The notes beneath the pieces were generated by a model. The model saw only the letters and a program-made list of their open reading frames with translations. It did no database searches and had not been told where the DNA came from. Shown here piece by piece: positions 1 to 9,213 of a stretch of DNA of 64,000 nt; position 1 is the stretch's first letter, and each line of letters starts with the position of its first letter. The DNA lies in the NCBI GenBank assembly GCA_017427285.1, contig JAFRTE010000046.1, positions 7,401 through 71,400 on the forward strand. Reading direction: 5' to 3'. The position numbers and the translations under genes were made by a program. The DNA comes from Clostridia bacterium. GTDB taxonomy: Bacteria > Bacillota > Clostridia > Oscillospirales > UBA644.

Positions 1-2
1 AA

Positions 3-638
3 CAATTCCTCAACAATTTGAAGGAACATCCATTGGATTTGTCGGTTTTTCCAGATCGGATAAAGCAGGTCAGAACGGTTATACAAAGGAATTTGTTTTC
101 AATCTGCTTTTGTGAGAATGCACTGAACGAAACTTTGTGGCTCAAATATGCAGAGAGCTATAGCGGTTTTGCTATGGTCTATGATATAAAGAATGAAAAC
201 ACCTTTTTATGCGGTAAAGAGGACACCTGCAAAAACTGTCGTTCATCGATTGAACATCCGTCAATATATCCTGTTTATTACACTGATGCACCCTATGATG
301 CAACGCAATTTGCTTTTGCGTGTCTATTGTGGGGAACCCAAGTCCCGCCGCAGTTTTTAGAGTTCAGTTATAAAGTCGTCATGTGGGAAGCTGAAAGAGT
401 TTCACTTATCAAGAAAAAGTGCCATGAATACGACGGTGAATGGCGCATGATCCGTCCGACTATGGCGCCGGATCGGACATGCATAAGAATGAGACCGCAA
501 AAAGTTATATTGGGTCTCAGAATGCCTGAATATGAACGGTTGCTGGTTGTCTCGGCAGCAAAGATTGCTGGAATTAACAAAATTGAAGAACTGTACATTG
601 ATGATTCTGATCAATTGGCGACCAGACCGTTTGCGTGA
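3..638 (+). CDS. DUF2971-like protein, 5' end outside the window
   Basis: The frame is open from the window edge, so the TTG at 18 is probably not the real start. The segment FSICFCENALNETLWLKYAESYSGFAMVYD and a later EWRMI resemble the DUF2971 signature as I recall it. Confidence 0.45.
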   Translation, partial: QFLNNLKEHPLDLSVFPDRIKQVRTVIQRNLFSICFCENALNETLWLKYAESYSGFAMVYDIKNENTFLCGKEDTCKNCRSSIEHPSIYPVYYTDAPYDATQFAFACLLWGTQVPPQFLEFSYKVVMWEAERVSLIKKKCHEYDGEWRMIRPTMAPDRTCIRMRPQKVILGLRMPEYERLLVVSAAKIAGINKIEELYIDDSDQLATRPFA

Positions 639-819
639 TTTGCCCTCGAAGTTCATTCCAGTGAGATGTATTTGAAACTTCACAATGACCATACGATAAA
701 TATGCTTGGGATATGCAGCAAGCAGTACGAGGCATCACTGTATTGTTTGGATAATCTACTCTATGAAAAAGTCAAGTACGATTCGGCAAATCATACTTGA
801 CTTTTTTTGTGATGCGATT

Positions 820-1125
820 TTAGCTTTCGTCCATCGTTAGCTCTGCAAATGGCGCGTCTGTTCCAACGAAGATTTCGTGTGCGAAGCGAGCGTCGAGGCG
901 GAAGCCAGTGACGAAACTGTCGAGGCTGTTGGCGTCGAGAAGGTTGGCGGAGACTGAGAGGTATTGCTCAAAGATTGCCCGTTGTTCCTCGGTGAACGAA
1001 TTATTCAGATTGGACTCAAGGTCGCTCTGCTTCTGCGCGAGCTTTTGCACTAGGCTGCCCGGGCGAACGGCGCGCTGGCAGGGTGAGATGTTTCCATAGT
1101 ATAGGTCTTCCAATATGTTCGGCAT
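820..1125 (-). CDS. small helical hypothetical protein (N-terminal LEDLYYGNISP motif, a type I associate with Firmicutes mobile elements)
   Basis: 101-aa ORF. The ATG is preceded on the minus strand by ACAGGAGGAACACCC, a strong SD at good spacing. I recognise no catalytic motif. Confidence 0.4.
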   Translation of the reverse strand: MPNILEDLYYGNISPCQRAVRPGSLVQKLAQKQSDLESNLNNSFTEEQRAIFEQYLSVSANLLDANSLDSFVTGFRLDARFAHEIFVGTDAPFAELTMDES

Positions 1126-1246
1126 GGGTGTTCCTCCTGTTAAATTCGGTATGATCCGTGGAGGAAGAATGCGCGCAGGGTGCCGATAATACTTGATTTT
1201 GTTGTGGTTTAGTCAAATCCGTTATCTCCACTCGGACCAACAAAAA

Positions 1247-1271
1247 GCAGTGATTCTATCACTGCTTTTTT
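1247..1271. terminator. bidirectional rho-independent terminator
   Basis: Perfect 8-bp stem GCAGTGAT / ATCACTGC with a 3-nt loop, flanked by AAAAA upstream and TTTTTT downstream. Confidence 0.7.
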
Positions 1272-1490
1272 GCGATTTGTATCAAAGATGTCGCTTCGCT
1301 GATGATATGACGGTCTCAGTCCGGTATACATATATCCTTCCGAGTTGCTGCCGCTTACGTATATTTTCACGCTGCCGAGATTGTTTTCGATCTCTCTTGT
1401 ACCGCTGAAATCCGCGCAGATGTAAAGATTTAATTTAGCGGATAAAGCAGCCCGTCCCGTAAGATATTATCGGTCGGGATAATATTTTTC

Positions 1491-1519
1491 TTGACAATCA
1501 TCTTTGCATATGATATAAT
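1491..1519 (+). promoter_or_regulatory. sigma-A type promoter of lipoprotein paralog P1
   Basis: TTGACA (1491-1496), 17-nt spacer, TGaTATAAT (extended -10; TATAAT at 1514-1519). Confidence 0.75.
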
Positions 1520-1560
1520 CATAAAAACAAAGAAAAATGACAGACAAGGGAGGAAAAAAT

Positions 1561-2967
1561 GTGAAAAACATTCTGAAACTGTCCGTACTGCTGCTCGTTT
1601 TTGTGCTGATATGCTCATCGTGCAGTCAGGAGGCGCCGGAGATAATACCGGAATATGAGATAAGTCTGAACGGAATGAATCTTGACGGACTTACCGTAAA
1701 CTGGGGCTTTTCGATGGATCGTTACCACGATAACGTAGACAATGTTTTCGGGTTTATTCCCGGGACCGCTTTTGCTGACCAGGTGGCTGATCGGAAAAAA
1801 CAGGTGGAAAACGACCTTAACTGTAAGATCAACGTTGACAATAATTCCAACTCATACATTATCAACGACAGACTTAATGCATCGATCGTTTCCGGATCGC
1901 GGCTTTACGATATCACTACGTCGGACTCCAGCTTACTCAGAGGCATGGTGAGAGCGGGCGGATATCTTACTGGTCTTTCCTCTCTTCTCGACGTTCAAAA
2001 TACCGATAAATGGGGCCCTCCCAATATGCTTTATATGCTGCTTTGGAAGGACGATTTATACGGAGTCGTTCCCTTCGCATGGCCCGAACTGCTTTATTCG
2101 ACGACCGGTCATGTGATCGCCGTTAACGAAACGCTTGTTTCGCAGCTTGCGCAGACCGATCCGCGCGAATTTGTTGAAAACGGCAGCTGGACGTGGGATA
2201 AATTTGAAGAAGTCCTTCACGCATACACTTATCAGGATTCAGGCAGAACTATCTACGGCATGCTTACGCACCATGCGTATTTCGCAATGAATATGTTCCT
2301 TTCAAACGGCGTGGCGTTCTCGTCTTTTGAAGACGGAAACGTGGTCTGCGGTATTTATACCGAGCCGGGCAGAGTTGCGCTTGAACGCGCAAAGTCTATA
2401 CACAACGATACCTGTAAGGACTGTTTTTACCCCGAAGACACGACAAGCAACGAATATTTCCAGAACGGCGATTCGGTTATGGTCGTAGTTTCTCACGGCG
2501 GACTGATAAGCACCTCGGAATCGCTTATGTATAAAATGGATAATATCGGTATCCTGCCGTTCCCGATCGGCCCGAACGCAACGCCGGGCGTATACCGTTC
2601 ATATTACGAGCAGATCGCATTTTCAACGGTAATACCGGTAAATACCTCCGACGCGCAGGCGGCGGCTATCGTGCTTTCCGCAATGTTCGAACCTTTCCCT
2701 GGGCTCGAAACGAAAGCCGACATCGCCGAATACCTTGCAACACAGACATTCTTTGATATCCGCGACGCCGAGGTGTTTATAAACACGATCACAAATACGG
2801 AATACGGCTTTTTCTGGGAGGGCGGAAGAGGCGCGATAGAAACTTCCATCAATGCCAACACTCCCGTTTCACAGATTCTTGAAGCTCAGCAAAATACTTA
2901 CGACCAGCTCGTTGAAGACTATCTTGTCAATCACTATGCCGGCAGAGTAGCCGTCTACGGAGAATAA
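1561..2967 (+). CDS. SBP-like lipoprotein paralog P1 (distant family-1 extracellular solute-binding protein fold, no transporter partner)
   Basis: The long ORF is 1537-2967. The GTG at 1561 sits 8 nt after AAGGGAGG, while the ATG at 1537 has no SD. Signal peptide KNILKLSVLLLVFVLICSSCSQ. Family motifs: EIIPEY after the Cys, YGVVPFAWPEL, DPREFVENGSWTWDKFEE, GILPFPIGPNATPG, EYGFFWEGGR, C-terminal AVYGE. Confidence 0.85.
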   Translation: MKNILKLSVLLLVFVLICSSCSQEAPEIIPEYEISLNGMNLDGLTVNWGFSMDRYHDNVDNVFGFIPGTAFADQVADRKKQVENDLNCKINVDNNSNSYIINDRLNASIVSGSRLYDITTSDSSLLRGMVRAGGYLTGLSSLLDVQNTDKWGPPNMLYMLLWKDDLYGVVPFAWPELLYSTTGHVIAVNETLVSQLAQTDPREFVENGSWTWDKFEEVLHAYTYQDSGRTIYGMLTHHAYFAMNMFLSNGVAFSSFEDGNVVCGIYTEPGRVALERAKSIHNDTCKDCFYPEDTTSNEYFQNGDSVMVVVSHGGLISTSESLMYKMDNIGILPFPIGPNATPGVYRSYYEQIAFSTVIPVNTSDAQAAAIVLSAMFEPFPGLETKADIAEYLATQTFFDIRDAEVFINTITNTEYGFFWEGGRGAIETSINANTPVSQILEAQQNTYDQLVEDYLVNHYAGRVAVYGE

Positions 2968-2980
2968 TAAATAACTATAT

Positions 2981-3012
2981 CGCCCCGACGCATTGTGCTC
3001 GGGGCGGTTTTA
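2981..3012 (+). terminator. rho-independent terminator after P1
   Basis: Stem CGCCCCGA / TCGGGGCG with a 10-nt loop, followed by GTTTTA. Confidence 0.7.
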
Positions 3013-3064
3013 TGCCGTCGGCATGTTGACACTGAGCGGTTTTTCGCATATTTTCTTACCGATA

Positions 3065-3093
3065 TTGACAAATAACCGTTGTTTTGTTATAAT
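3065..3093 (+). promoter_or_regulatory. sigma-A type promoter of paralog P2
   Basis: TTGACA (3065-3070), 17-nt spacer, TGtTATAAT (TATAAT at 3088-3093). It lies inside the track ORF that starts at 3079, so that start is rejected. Confidence 0.75.
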
Positions 3094-3129
3094 TTAATCA
3101 AAATACAAATTGAAGCGGGGGATATTGCA

Positions 3130-4509
3130 ATGAAACTGTTTGTAAGAGTATCTGTTATTATTCTTGCGGCATTTTTGGTTTTGTGTTCGTGCGGTCGGGA
3201 GGGTGATGAAATTATCCCGGAATTCGACGCCGCAGCAGGGGATCCACTCAATTATAACGGAATGGAAATAACCTTTCTCAGCGATACGCCGCTTTATTTC
3301 CGTTATGAAGATTACACCCCGTCTTACGACGCGATCACGAAGAGGATAAAAGAGGTCGAAAAGAAATATAACTGCAAAATAACGTATAATTCAACCGGTT
3401 CGCTCGAACTTCTCGTCACGTCCGCCGCCGCAAGCGGAGATAAGCTATGCGACGCCATTTTTATGGACGGTAAGCCGTTTCGAAATCTTTCAGTCGCCGG
3501 ATATCTTCTCGATTTTGCCGCGTATTCCGATATTATAGATATAAACGACTCTTTCAGATGGGGTACGAAAAACGTGCTTGAGATCTGTTCGGCAAACGGC
3601 CGTCTTTACGGCGTAACTCCAGCCGCATGGGTTGATAAGCTCGCGCCTTACTATTTTCTTGTTGTTACAAATAACGATATCGTTATGAGAAACGGATTTT
3701 CCCATCCGCACGAATATTATGAAAACGGATCGTGGAACAGAGACGTTTTTGCCGAAATGGTAAGCACTTGCGCCGATCTTGAAAAAAATATCTACGGCAT
3801 AGATACGTCAAACGCGTTTATCGGCCGTATGGCGGTTTATTCGGACGGTATCGGGCTTGTTGACGATTCTTCCGAAACGCCGCGTTCAACATGGCACAGC
3901 TCAATTGTTCAGGACGATTTGCAGTGGGCTGCCGATTTCATAGCGGCAAACGGCGATTATATTACTCAAAACGGCGAAAGCTACGATAAATTCATTGAAG
4001 GCAGCGCCGCGATGGCTCTTCCCGCAATTCACCATTTTTGCAGAAAAATCATTTATACAACAGCCATGGAAAGCTATTCTTTAATGCCGTTTCCGTGCAG
4101 CGACGCCGTTGAAGCGGGCACCTGCGGCGGCTTTTTCTCAACGGGTCTCGATACGATCTCTCTACCCGCGTTTACAACAAACGAAAGAGAGACCGCAACC
4201 GTAATAAACGATATCTTCGCTCCGATGGACGGCATAGATACCGCAGACGCTCTTGATTCATACTATATTTCCAATGTTTTCTTCAGCTCCACCGACCTGG
4301 AAATATATCAGAAATGCATGTCGAACACAAGATACAATTATTGGGTCGAAGGAGCTTTCACGCCCCTTGAAAATATAATAAACAACGTAATAAGCGGCAA
4401 ATATACTCCGTCCCAGGCAATAGACGCATATATAGAGACCGCGGACGAATACATAATAAACGTTATCGTCCCGAACGAGGAGGGGCTTAAAGAGTACTTC
4501 GCAAACTGA
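3130..4509 (+). CDS. SBP-like lipoprotein paralog P2 (divergent subfamily)
   Basis: ATG at 3130 follows GCGGGGGA. Signal peptide MKLFVRVSVIILAAFLVLCSCGRE, then EIIPEF. Shares YGVTPAAW, HPHEYYENGSWNRDVF and LMPFPC with the family. Confidence 0.8.
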   Translation: MKLFVRVSVIILAAFLVLCSCGREGDEIIPEFDAAAGDPLNYNGMEITFLSDTPLYFRYEDYTPSYDAITKRIKEVEKKYNCKITYNSTGSLELLVTSAAASGDKLCDAIFMDGKPFRNLSVAGYLLDFAAYSDIIDINDSFRWGTKNVLEICSANGRLYGVTPAAWVDKLAPYYFLVVTNNDIVMRNGFSHPHEYYENGSWNRDVFAEMVSTCADLEKNIYGIDTSNAFIGRMAVYSDGIGLVDDSSETPRSTWHSSIVQDDLQWAADFIAANGDYITQNGESYDKFIEGSAAMALPAIHHFCRKIIYTTAMESYSLMPFPCSDAVEAGTCGGFFSTGLDTISLPAFTTNERETATVINDIFAPMDGIDTADALDSYYISNVFFSSTDLEIYQKCMSNTRYNYWVEGAFTPLENIINNVISGKYTPSQAIDAYIETADEYIINVIVPNEEGLKEYFAN

Positions 4510-4524
4510 AAACCGAAGACAAAA

Positions 4525-4547
4525 ACCCGTGATTTCCACGGGTTTTT
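4525..4547. terminator. bidirectional terminator
   Basis: Stem ACCCGTG / CACGGGT, loop ATTTC, with an A-run before and TTTTT after. Confidence 0.7.
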
Positions 4548-4564
4548 GATGCTTTTATTATCGT

Positions 4565-4765
4565 TTATTTGAATTCCTCCAGCACCTGGCTGAGCAGCAG
4601 GGGATCGTCCGTCATAATGCAGTCAACGCCCATTTTTATTAGTGTTCGCATATCGTCCGCGTCGTTTATCGTCCAGTACTGAACGGCGATGTTTCTTCGG
4701 TGAGCGCGGTCAACAATGCTTTTGCTTACAAGCGGGAGCTCAATGCCCACGTCATACGACATGGG
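4565..4765 (-). pseudogene. glycerophosphodiester phosphodiesterase (GDPD) 3' fragment
   Basis: Only the C-terminal roughly 65 aa look genuine: SIVDRAHRRNIAVQYWTINDADDMRTLIKMGVDCIMTDDPLLL, the classic GDPD C-terminus. The rest of the 153-aa ORF is antisense to the GNAT fragment and shows no GDPD features. Confidence 0.6.
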
Positions 4766-5131
4766 TATCTGCAGACACGCAAAATCGCCGACGGGCTGAT
4801 CCTGAAGATTAACGAGCAGACTCAACATAACGAGCTTGATATCCTGTTCGTGTCGCCGGACGTTCACAGCAAGGGCGTCGGCACCGCCGCATGGCGGGAG
4901 GTAGAGCGCCTTTACCCCGATACCGTAGTTTGGGAGACCTGCACGCCGTATTTCGAGAAGCGGAATATCCACTTCTACGTCAACAAACTCGGCTTTCACA
5001 TTGTCGAATTCTTCTGCGAATACCACCGCGATCCGCTCGAAAACGAGCGCTACGGCCCGCAGGATGACGAATATCCCGAAGACGACGAAGGTCCCGACGA
5101 GATGTTCAGATTTGTAAAATATATGAAATAA
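4700..5131 (+). pseudogene. GNAT acetyltransferase, N-terminally truncated fragment
   Basis: Motif A region ILFVSPDVHSKGVGTAAW and C-terminal TPYFEKRNIHFYVNKLGFHIVEFF are present. Only about 47 aa precede motif A, and the first 20-25 codons are antisense to the GDPD remnant. No SD at 4700. Confidence 0.55.
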
Positions 5132-5145
5132 GTCCCTATGTACCG

Positions 5146-5169
5146 GAGCAGGTTTTCCTGCTCATTTTT
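5146..5169 (+). terminator. rho-independent terminator
   Basis: Stem GAGCAGG / CCTGCTC, loop TTTT, followed by ATTTTTG. Confidence 0.7.
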
Positions 5170-5362
5170 GATTATTCTCATTCTTCAGTTTCTTCTCCGT
5201 CGTCACCATAGCGGACCTTGAGCGGCTCGCAGGAGATTTATTCCGCCTAAACGCCCTGACGGGTGTCCTCCGAAAAGCGTATCAGCGATTCTTGAGTTTC
5301 CTCTGAATAAAACTGTCACTGCAGAAATGCTTTTATATTTCGGTATTTTTTCGCGCTTACTA

Positions 5363-5391
5363 TTGACAAACCGTTATGGATTATGTATAAT
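5363..5391 (+). promoter_or_regulatory. sigma-A type promoter of paralog P3
   Basis: TTGACA (5363-5368), 17-nt spacer, TATAAT (5386-5391). It overlaps the track ORF start at 5383, which is therefore rejected. Confidence 0.75.
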
Positions 5392-5421
5392 ATGGAAAAT
5401 TTATTCAAAAAGGAGCGAAAC

Positions 5422-6810
5422 ATGAAATATTTCAAGCTGACGGCTGTAACCCTGTTATTTGCGGTTCTTTTAATATCGTGCGGAGTTTCCTCCGAGATCG
5501 TTCCGGAATACGATGTAACGTCCGACACTACGGATTTTTACGGGACAACATTCAACTGGGGTTTCTCTATGCACCGCTATGCAAGCAGCACCGATAATGT
5601 TTTCGGATATAAGCCGGATACCAATTTTGCAGATATGGCTCTTGAAAGGCTGAAAGATGTCGAGAAAAGATTCAACTGCACTATTAATATCGACAATAAT
5701 TCAAGTTCATATGTAATCGGCGACAGGCTCAATGTTTCGCTGAAAACAGGCGTTCACCTGTATGATATCGCAACCTGTGACACAGGTATTCTGTCATCAA
5801 TTGTCAGAGCAGGCGGCTATCTCGCAGGTCTTTCAAATTTGCTTGATGTTAAGAATACCGCAAAATTCGGAAGACCTAACATGCTTCAGATGATGCTCTG
5901 GAAAGACGATCTTTATGGCGTTGTTCCCTGCGCATGGCCGCTGCTTGTTTCTTCAAGAATAGGACATGTTCTTGCGATCAATGAAACCCTGGTTGCCAGA
6001 CTGGGAGAGACCGACCCCAGAGAATATGTTGAAAATTCTACATGGACCTGGGATAAATTTGAAGAGGTCCTCGAGGCTTTCACATATAAAGAAGGTGAAA
6101 GAACAGTCTATGGACTGAGCAGCCATGATGCTTATTTCGCCATGAACATGTTCCTTTCCAACGGCGTAACTTTTTCGGAATACGTAGACGGAAAAGTCGT
6201 TTTCGGCGCATATACGGACGCGGGAAGAGAAGCACTTGAGCGCGCTGCGTCTATATACAATGTCACCTGCAAGCCCTTTATCTATCCCGACGCCAGCACC
6301 ACAGACCATTTCAGGGACGGCTCGTCGGTAATGTGCGGCTACTTTTTAGACGGAGTCATAAACACGCTCATGTATGAAATGGAAAACGCAGGCATAATTC
6401 CTTTCCCCCAGGGACCGAAGGCGACCCCCGGCGTATATCCCACATATTATGAGGAATTCACTTATGCTACCGTAATACCCGCCAACGCAATCGACACAAG
6501 CGCTTCCGCAGCAATCATAGACGCAATGTTTGAGCCGTTTAAAGGATTGGAAACCAGGGACGATATGATTGATTATTTAACATCTCAGGTGTTCTTTGAT
6601 CCCAGAGACTCGGCGGTATTTCTCGGAGCAGTCGAATATACCGAGTACGGATTTTTCTGGGAAGGCGGACGCAGCGGCATAGAGCAATGCATAAGAACAT
6701 TAAAACCCGTTTCCGAAGCCCTTGAAGGACTTGAAAATGTTTACGATAAACTTGTTGAGGAATATCTGGTTCCTCATTACAACGGAAGGATTGCTGTTTA
6801 CGGTGAATAA
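5422..6810 (+). CDS. SBP-like lipoprotein paralog P3 (same subfamily as P1)
   Basis: ATG at 5422 follows AAAAAGGAGCG. Signal peptide MKYFKLTAVTLLFAVLLISCG, then EIVPEY. Collinear with P1 along its whole length, with identical blocks such as LWKDDLYGVVP, TWTWDKFEEVL, AYFAMNMFLSNGV and TEYGFFWEGGR. Confidence 0.85.
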   Translation: MKYFKLTAVTLLFAVLLISCGVSSEIVPEYDVTSDTTDFYGTTFNWGFSMHRYASSTDNVFGYKPDTNFADMALERLKDVEKRFNCTINIDNNSSSYVIGDRLNVSLKTGVHLYDIATCDTGILSSIVRAGGYLAGLSNLLDVKNTAKFGRPNMLQMMLWKDDLYGVVPCAWPLLVSSRIGHVLAINETLVARLGETDPREYVENSTWTWDKFEEVLEAFTYKEGERTVYGLSSHDAYFAMNMFLSNGVTFSEYVDGKVVFGAYTDAGREALERAASIYNVTCKPFIYPDASTTDHFRDGSSVMCGYFLDGVINTLMYEMENAGIIPFPQGPKATPGVYPTYYEEFTYATVIPANAIDTSASAAIIDAMFEPFKGLETRDDMIDYLTSQVFFDPRDSAVFLGAVEYTEYGFFWEGGRSGIEQCIRTLKPVSEALEGLENVYDKLVEEYLVPHYNGRIAVYGE

Positions 6811-6893
6811 CGGCATTTGCCTAAACAAAAACAGACTGAAGTATGCATTTGTATCGGAAAATGATTTAAGGAGTATTGCCGTTTATAACAATT

Positions 6894-7493
6894 ATGGAAA
6901 TTTTAGCGTGGGTATTCGGAATAGCCAGCATAATAGCTAATTTTATACTTTATCAGCAGAAAGAACGAAAAAGACTTCTTATCTCAAAGATGATAGTTGA
7001 CACACTGTCGATAGTGCATTACAGCTGCCTCGGCGCCTGGAGCGGGGCAGCGATATGCCTTGTTGCTGTTTTCAGAACTTTCGTATTTATGCATGAGGAC
7101 AAAAAATGGGCAGGCGGAAAGAAGTGGCTGCTTGTTTTTCTTGCAATGAATATCATACTCGCTTTCTTTACATGGAAAAACATTTTCAGTATTTTTCCGC
7201 TCATCGCTACTGCCGGCGCGATTTTCAGCTTCTGGCAAAATAACACGAAGCTTACAAAAATACTTGTCTATCCGATATCGGGATGCATGATAACATATGA
7301 CATCCCCAGCGGGTCTTATACCGGACTTGTTAACGAGACGTTCGCCATCGTCTCTGCAACCATCAGCCTTATTTCGATGCATAAGAGCAGAAAGAACAGC
7401 GAGATCTCCGCGGAAAGCGGAAACGAGCAAACGGATGAAACAGAAACGTTAAATGAAAAACAGGTAACAGAGGACTCCGCCGGGAGTTTATGA
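6894..7493 (+). CDS. YgjV-like inner membrane protein
   Basis: Five or six hydrophobic helices and a sequence pattern reminiscent of the Imp-YgjV family. The start is ambiguous: TTG at 6876 is 2 nt after AAGGAG, ATG at 6894 is 20 nt after it. Confidence 0.5.
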   Translation: MEILAWVFGIASIIANFILYQQKERKRLLISKMIVDTLSIVHYSCLGAWSGAAICLVAVFRTFVFMHEDKKWAGGKKWLLVFLAMNIILAFFTWKNIFSIFPLIATAGAIFSFWQNNTKLTKILVYPISGCMITYDIPSGSYTGLVNETFAIVSATISLISMHKSRKNSEISAESGNEQTDETETLNEKQVTEDSAGSL

Positions 7494-7611
7494 AAGAATC
7501 ATGGAAAAGAACAGCAGAGTATTGTGATGAAAAGTCCTCACAACCTGTTGCCTTCATATTTCGCAATCAGCGTAATGCGTGATTCATATTGATTTTAAGA
7601 GGAGTAATAGT

Positions 7612-8937
7612 ATGGAAAACAGCAGAGAGCTGCTCAGGTTCTTTGACGAGAATCAGTCGTTTATGGATGAGCAGATAAAAACAGGTATCGAAGCGAACCG
7701 CAAGAGCGGCGCGGTGTTTATTTTCCGTGACGAACAGGGAAACCCTCTGACCGACGTGCACGCCGAGATTCATCAGCAAAAACACGATTTCAGGTTCGGG
7801 GCGAATATATTCATGCTTGATGAGCTTGAGACTGATGAAAAGAACGGGCAGTATAAGAATGCTTTTGCAGAGCTGTTCAATCAGGCAACCCTTCCGTTCT
7901 TCTGGTCGGATCTTGAACCCGTTCAGGGACAGCCCAGGTATGCAAAAAACTCCCCGAGGATATACCGCAGGCCGTCTACTGATCTGTGCGTAGAGTTTTG
8001 CGAGAAAAACGGTATCGAACCGAAAATGCACTGTCTGAACTACGGAATGTGGACGCCTCTCTGGGTCCCTCAGGATGTTCAGGGCACGAAAAGATGCCTT
8101 GAAAAGCATATGGCCGAACTCGGCGAAAGGTATGCGGACAGAATACCCGCGATTGAAGTAACAAACGAGACTCTTCATGTTGAAAACTGGGATCAGACCA
8201 CCGGTCTGAACACACTCTTCTTCCGTGAACCCGATTATGTGGAGTGGAGCTTTGAACACGCGAGAAAATATTTTCCCTGCAACGAGCTTATTATCAACGA
8301 AGCGCCTCTTATGTGGGCTGACGGTTTCAAATACAACCGCAGCGCTTACTATATGCTTATAGAACGCGCTCTGTCCAAAGGCGCGCCGATCGACACTATA
8401 GGTATGCAGTTTCAGGCGGGCGGTAATCCTCCTGCAAAACTGTTTGATCCTGTCAAAATCTATCAGGTGCTTGATCAGTATGCTAAACTCGGTAAAGCGA
8501 TACAGATTTCCGAGGTAACTATTCCTATGATTACGCATGATGAGGAGGGCGCGGAACTTCAGGCGGAGCTGATCGGGAAGCTTTACAGACTCTGGTTCAG
8601 TCATCCGGCTATGAGCTCTATCATATACTGGAATGTCGCCGACGGCTATGCGCACGGTGCAAAACCCGGAGATATGGAGGTCGCGGAAAACAGATACCGC
8701 GGCGGACTTCTGAATTTTGACATGTCTCCCAAACCCGCGTATAAAGTACTTAAAAAACTTATACACGAGACATGGAAAACCGATCTTTCGCTGGACAGCG
8801 GAAGCGACAGCAGAATATTTATGAGAGGATTTCACGGAGAGTATTCCGTAACGGCATTTTCAGGCGGAAAGACCGCAAAAACCTCGATACATCTGACCAA
8901 AGGCGCGGCAAACCGGTTTGAAATAACACTGCGATAA
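7612..8937 (+). CDS. glycoside hydrolase family 10-like protein (xylanase-like), cytoplasmic
   Basis: ATG at 7612 follows AAGAGGAG. FRFGANIF, LPFFWSDLEP, AIEVTNE (acid/base-like) and IQISEVTI (nucleophile-like) fit the GH10 pattern. No signal peptide. Confidence 0.6.
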   Translation: MENSRELLRFFDENQSFMDEQIKTGIEANRKSGAVFIFRDEQGNPLTDVHAEIHQQKHDFRFGANIFMLDELETDEKNGQYKNAFAELFNQATLPFFWSDLEPVQGQPRYAKNSPRIYRRPSTDLCVEFCEKNGIEPKMHCLNYGMWTPLWVPQDVQGTKRCLEKHMAELGERYADRIPAIEVTNETLHVENWDQTTGLNTLFFREPDYVEWSFEHARKYFPCNELIINEAPLMWADGFKYNRSAYYMLIERALSKGAPIDTIGMQFQAGGNPPAKLFDPVKIYQVLDQYAKLGKAIQISEVTIPMITHDEEGAELQAELIGKLYRLWFSHPAMSSIIYWNVADGYAHGAKPGDMEVAENRYRGGLLNFDMSPKPAYKVLKKLIHETWKTDLSLDSGSDSRIFMRGFHGEYSVTAFSGGKTAKTSIHLTKGAANRFEITLR

Positions 8938-9076
8938 TGCTTCTGAATAGTCTGAATATGCAGAATTTCAGGTAAAGCTGCAGTATTGAAATAACAATGC
9001 GGATTTCATTCATTTAACGGAAAGCCGGGAATGATAAACATTTTTTCGCCGGGAGTATTACGGTAAAACATAAAGT

Positions 9077-9105
9077 ACGGGAATGAGCGAACTGCTCATT
9101 CCCGT
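9077..9105. terminator. strong hairpin, probable terminator between convergent genes
   Basis: 12-bp perfect stem ACGGGAATGAGC / GCTCATTCCCGT, loop GAACT, followed by GTTTA. Confidence 0.6.
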
Positions 9106-9213
9106 GTTTAATTATTGAAAGTCCTGCCTGATTGATATTTGCAAATACGCATGCTTTTCATCTGTTTCATATCCCGGTTATTCGTCAGTCATATTATCTC
9201 ATTTCGGGCAGCG

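Noticed and set aside
3079-3129. Upstream extensions of the P2, P3, P7, 32328 and 44651 track ORFs
   Set aside because: The extensions contain the genes' own TTGACA-N17-TATAAT promoters or lack an SD. Downstream ATGs with good SDs begin proper signal peptides or family N-termini.
7567-8835. 422-aa ORF on the minus strand
   Set aside because: It is entirely antisense to the GH10-like gene. It is Arg/Phe/Lys-rich with no recognisable motif or SD. This is a shadow ORF.
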